Shown piece after piece: positions 60,978 to 64,000 of a DNA stretch of 64,000 nucleotides. Source of the stretch: Eukaryota sp. GEM-RC1 (lineage: Eukaryota); contig JAUFOQ010000016.1 of NCBI GenBank assembly GCA_040285855.1, positions 992,001-1,056,000 on the forward strand, written 5' to 3'. Below the pieces are notes generated by a model, which was not told where the DNA came from, ran no database searches, and was given only the letters and a program-made list of their open reading frames with translations. Made by a program: the position numbers and the translations under genes. Positions within the stretch are counted from its first letter, which is position 1. Each line of letters opens with the position of its first letter.

Positions 60978-62554
60978 CTATACTGCCCATCTGAGGCCTA
61001 TTCTACCAATAAACTCGTCGGCTTCTATTGGCCCTCTACTACCAAAAGCATAATCAAAGTGTTGAGGGTTATCGTCAAGTACTGGTAATAAATCATCAAC
61101 AATTCTCCAACATTCTTGAATTTGATCGTGTCTTAAAAACAAGGATTGGTCAAAACACATCATTGACAACAACACACTCTCATAGGCGTCTGGCATTTTC
61201 TCCACTCCTATATTCCTATAAAACATGTTTAGGTTCAATTGAGACAACACTGTTTCATATCCAGGGTTTTTTCCAGTCAAAGTCAGCTCCAACCCACTTT
61301 CTGGCTGAATTGACAACAACAAAGAGTTCTCACAGGTTGTTCCTGGTGTTGTTGGTTTGTGTGCAAAGAGGGAAGCAAAACCTGGAGGTCTTTTAAACTT
61401 GATCTTAATGTATCCCGCGTTCTTGTCCAACCCTTTGCCTGCTCTTACAATGATAGGAACTCCCTCCCAACGTCTGTTATTACAAGATAGTATTGCAGCA
61501 CAGTAAGTAGGGACATTGCAGTCAGAGGGAATGGAAGGATCGTCTAGGAAACCTGGGTGACTGCCATTGGATACATATTGACCAGTGATCACGTCGCTGA
61601 TTGATAGTGACTGAACGGCCCTCAGAAACTTAACAGATTCGTTACGAACGTCCTCGGCTGATAGCGATGCTGGGCATTCTAGTCCAATCAACGACAGTAC
61701 GGTCAGAATGTGATTCTGTATCACGTCTCTAATTACCCCAGCTTTTGAGTAATATCCCCCACGACCAACCACCCCTGTTTTCTCTAGGAAAGAGAGCTCA
61801 ATTGATTCAATGTAGTGAGAATTTAAAATTGGTTCAAAGATAACATTGCTGAATCTCATGATGAGCATTAACGAGACGACTTCTTTTCCTAGATCTGTGA
61901 TTAATTCTTAGTAGAAGGGGATAACTTACAGTGATCAATTCGGTAGATATCATTCTCATCCCAGATCGATCTAATAAAAGAAGATAGTTGAATTGCTGAT
62001 TGTAAGTCATGGCCAAAAGGTTTTTCAACAACTAGTGAGTTTTTTCCTTGAGTTGATCTGCAATGACGATGGGAAAGATTAGCTACGGTCTGGAAGAGTT
62101 CCGGAGGAATTGACAAGTAGAAAACACGATTGCAGTGAACTTTAGAATCAACGAAAGGTTGTTCAATATGATGAAGAAGTTGGCAGAGTTGTTCAAAATC
62201 GGCTGGATTGTTGTAGTCACCACAAAAGTATGTACACTTTTTAGGAACTCAGTCAAATAATCAAAACATTCTGAAATTTCTTCATGATGGAAATGGTAAT
62301 CTTTACAAGAAACTTCGAGATTCTGAGCGATTGTTTCACGAAAACTTTCGTCAGTAAGTTTTGATCGACCAAAGCCTATAACGGTGAAGCCTGTAAGAGG
62401 TTCGAGACACCCTTTGTGGTAAAGAGAGAAAAAAAGAAGGTATAATTTTTGTACGAGCCAGATTTCCAGATGCTCCAAAGATGACCAAAGCAAAGTGTCC
62501 TCGTGATTCGATAGATCTGAATAGTGAAGATTCAGAATCGCTACGAGTTCTCAT
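60978..62554 (-). CDS. G6PD: Glucose-6-phosphate 1-dehydrogenase; 35-nt intron, +1 break ~62432, -1 break ~62238
   Basis: IFGASGNLA, RVFYLSIPP, VVEKPFGHD, YRIDH-YLGKE, GRGGYY, IRDVIQNH, RWEGVP, AGK, DAYE. Confidence 0.96.
61895..61929 (-). other. 35-nt spliceosomal intron in G6PD
   Basis: GTAAGT...CACAG; removal restores the catalytic RIDHYLGKE. Confidence 0.92.
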
Positions 62555-62878
62555 TCAACAAGAAAAGTCACTGAAATCACTGTAGATAGTCAAAGTAAAA
62601 CAGTTCCCCCATCAAACCGAAAGAGAACACAAAAGCTGACTGTTCGACGAAAACTGGTTTTGTGTGCTTGATAGGTTCACTTTTGCGCCACTGTATTTGA
62701 TTTTCTAATTAAAAAAATATATTAGTTTTGGTCATTTGTTTGATAAGAAATAGAAATTAAATGCATTTTGACAACCACTACTAGTAGTAGTTGTCACAGA
62801 CAAATGCACAATGCGACTGGTGGTTAAAAACAAAGCACTATACAAATGAATAACATCAGCCAACAGTCACAAAATCAG

Positions 62879-63326
62879 TCACTCGTCAGAACAAAATGAA
62901 GCAATACCTTGACCATAAGAGAATTCTATTTGTCTACCTTCTGGAGATTTAACAATAGCTATATAACCTGTGGGAGGGGGGAAGAGTTTTTGGGCCGATA
63001 ACAAGAATACCGTCTTCTTCAGCCATTTTGGCCTTTTCGTCAACAATTTCCTTGGAGATACATCCAAATCCATAATGAGAAATATCTTTAGGGGCTTGAA
63101 AATGAGGACAGTCCGCTTTTCTATTGGGTAACAATACAAACACGAAGTCGTTTCGTGTTCCATCACCTAACCAGACAACGCGATCACCAAGACCTTCACG
63201 TTGATCAACGATCTTAAGATTACAATATTTGGAGTAGAACTCAATGGATTTATCGATATCATCACAATGAATTGCGATGTGGGTCAAAACAAGTGGTGTA
63301 TGAAAACAAGTCTCACTGGCAGTCAT
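62879..63326 (-). CDS. VOC/glyoxalase-family protein (bacterial YaeR-like); +1 break in the C6 run near 62978
   Basis: LTHIAI..DDIDKSIEFY, HYGF, GY....SPEGRQIEFSYGQ. Confidence 0.88.
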
Positions 63327-63373
63327 GAGTGAGAGAGGAAGGGAAGTAAAAATGTCAAGATCCCGGCACTTCC

Positions 63374-64000
63374 ATGGACACCACTTACAGGGACAACATT
63401 GCTTTTAACCTACTGAAGCTAGCTCAGTCTTGTACTCCGCGTTGTGTCGAGGACTTGTATCCGTGTTCATCGTCATTACAGATGATTTATCCAGATGTTA
63501 GTCAGTGCACACCGCTGGATTCCCTGATTTGTGACCAAAGTTTGTCAGAGTTTGATCTTGTTGTTTACAGTAGACTCATTTGTTCCGAAACATGTTGAAG
63601 TTGATGAAACTGATAACGAAGATCAAGAGCCAGACCCACCAAAATCATCATCAACTGGACGGAAACGTTCCACTCGCAATATATCACTCCTTTGCCTCCA
63701 ACTGAGTTCGGAATTACAACGAAAAGATGCCACTGCTGACAATAAGACACGTGATGCCCTTGCACTTGCCACAGGATTTGCCAGGCAGCGAATATGTACC
63801 GTTGTTTCAGTCTACAAAGCAATTGGTCTCATTACCGAGAACAAGTTGCGTAAAGGTGTGTTGGAATGGAATCAACAACAATCAGTTGTTATGCCGCATC
63901 TTCCCAAATACATTGAACACTATCGTGAAACTCGCAAGCTACTTCACTATGTAAAGAACAAAGAAATTGATTTAATCCGGAAAATGATAACATATAGTCG
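63374..64000 (+). CDS. Putative divergent E2F/DP-like winged-helix transcription factor (runs off the right edge; +1 break between ~63527 and 63595)
   Basis: An unlisted open frame reads RKRSTRNISLLCLQL...TRDALALATGFARQRICTVVSVYKAIGLITENKLRKGVLEW, aligning to E2F SL.LL...RRIYDITNVLEGIGLI.K....W. Confidence 0.6.

Noticed and set aside
60978..62554. Possible G6PD-6PGL fusion as in Giardia and Trichomonas
   Set aside because: The ORF stops right after the G6PD C-terminus, and no lactonase domain is visible on either side.
7871..63326. Calling the broken conserved genes pseudogenes
   Set aside because: Catalytic and structural motifs are intact and there are no in-frame nonsense codons once single indels and introns are accounted for.
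1..64000. Alternative genetic code (stop reassignment) as the cause of split ORFs
   Set aside because: The breaks need frame changes rather than read-through, and TAA, TAG and TGA all end conserved genes correctly.

Overview
This is eukaryotic nuclear DNA from a very compact protist genome. Evidence: about 28 tightly packed protein genes, a tRNA-Ser, tiny GT-AG introns (30, 30, 30 and 35 nt) and head-to-head gene pairs only 38-73 bp apart. The intron style and anaerobe/bacterial-type enzymes suggest an anaerobic, possibly metamonad-like flagellate (inference only). Recognisable genes: Pol III RPC6, AP-3 mu, AP-4 mu, LRRC40, CCDC191-like, V-ATPase c, Trk K+ transporter, a divergent SMC, PUF-like, TOM1/GPR137-like, fused dihydropyrimidine dehydrogenase, ASPM-like IQ protein, sirtuin, G6PD, VOC/glyoxalase and an E2F-like winged helix that the ORF track missed. 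About 20 single-base frame breaks of both signs, mostly in homopolymers, split many genes and are most likely assembly indels. Repairing them reveals a >1850 aa helical-repeat/TM/GT2 glycosyltransferase at the left edge. Intergenic DNA is filled with about ten non-autonomous hAT (8-bp TSD) and pogo/Tc1 (TA TSD) elements, some nested, and most end 20-90 bp from a start codon. Other highlights are a tailless 92-aa H2A-like histone, an in-frame chimeric gene made by tandem duplication (membrane hydrolase::ASPM C-terminus), and an SMC with a degenerate hinge motif.
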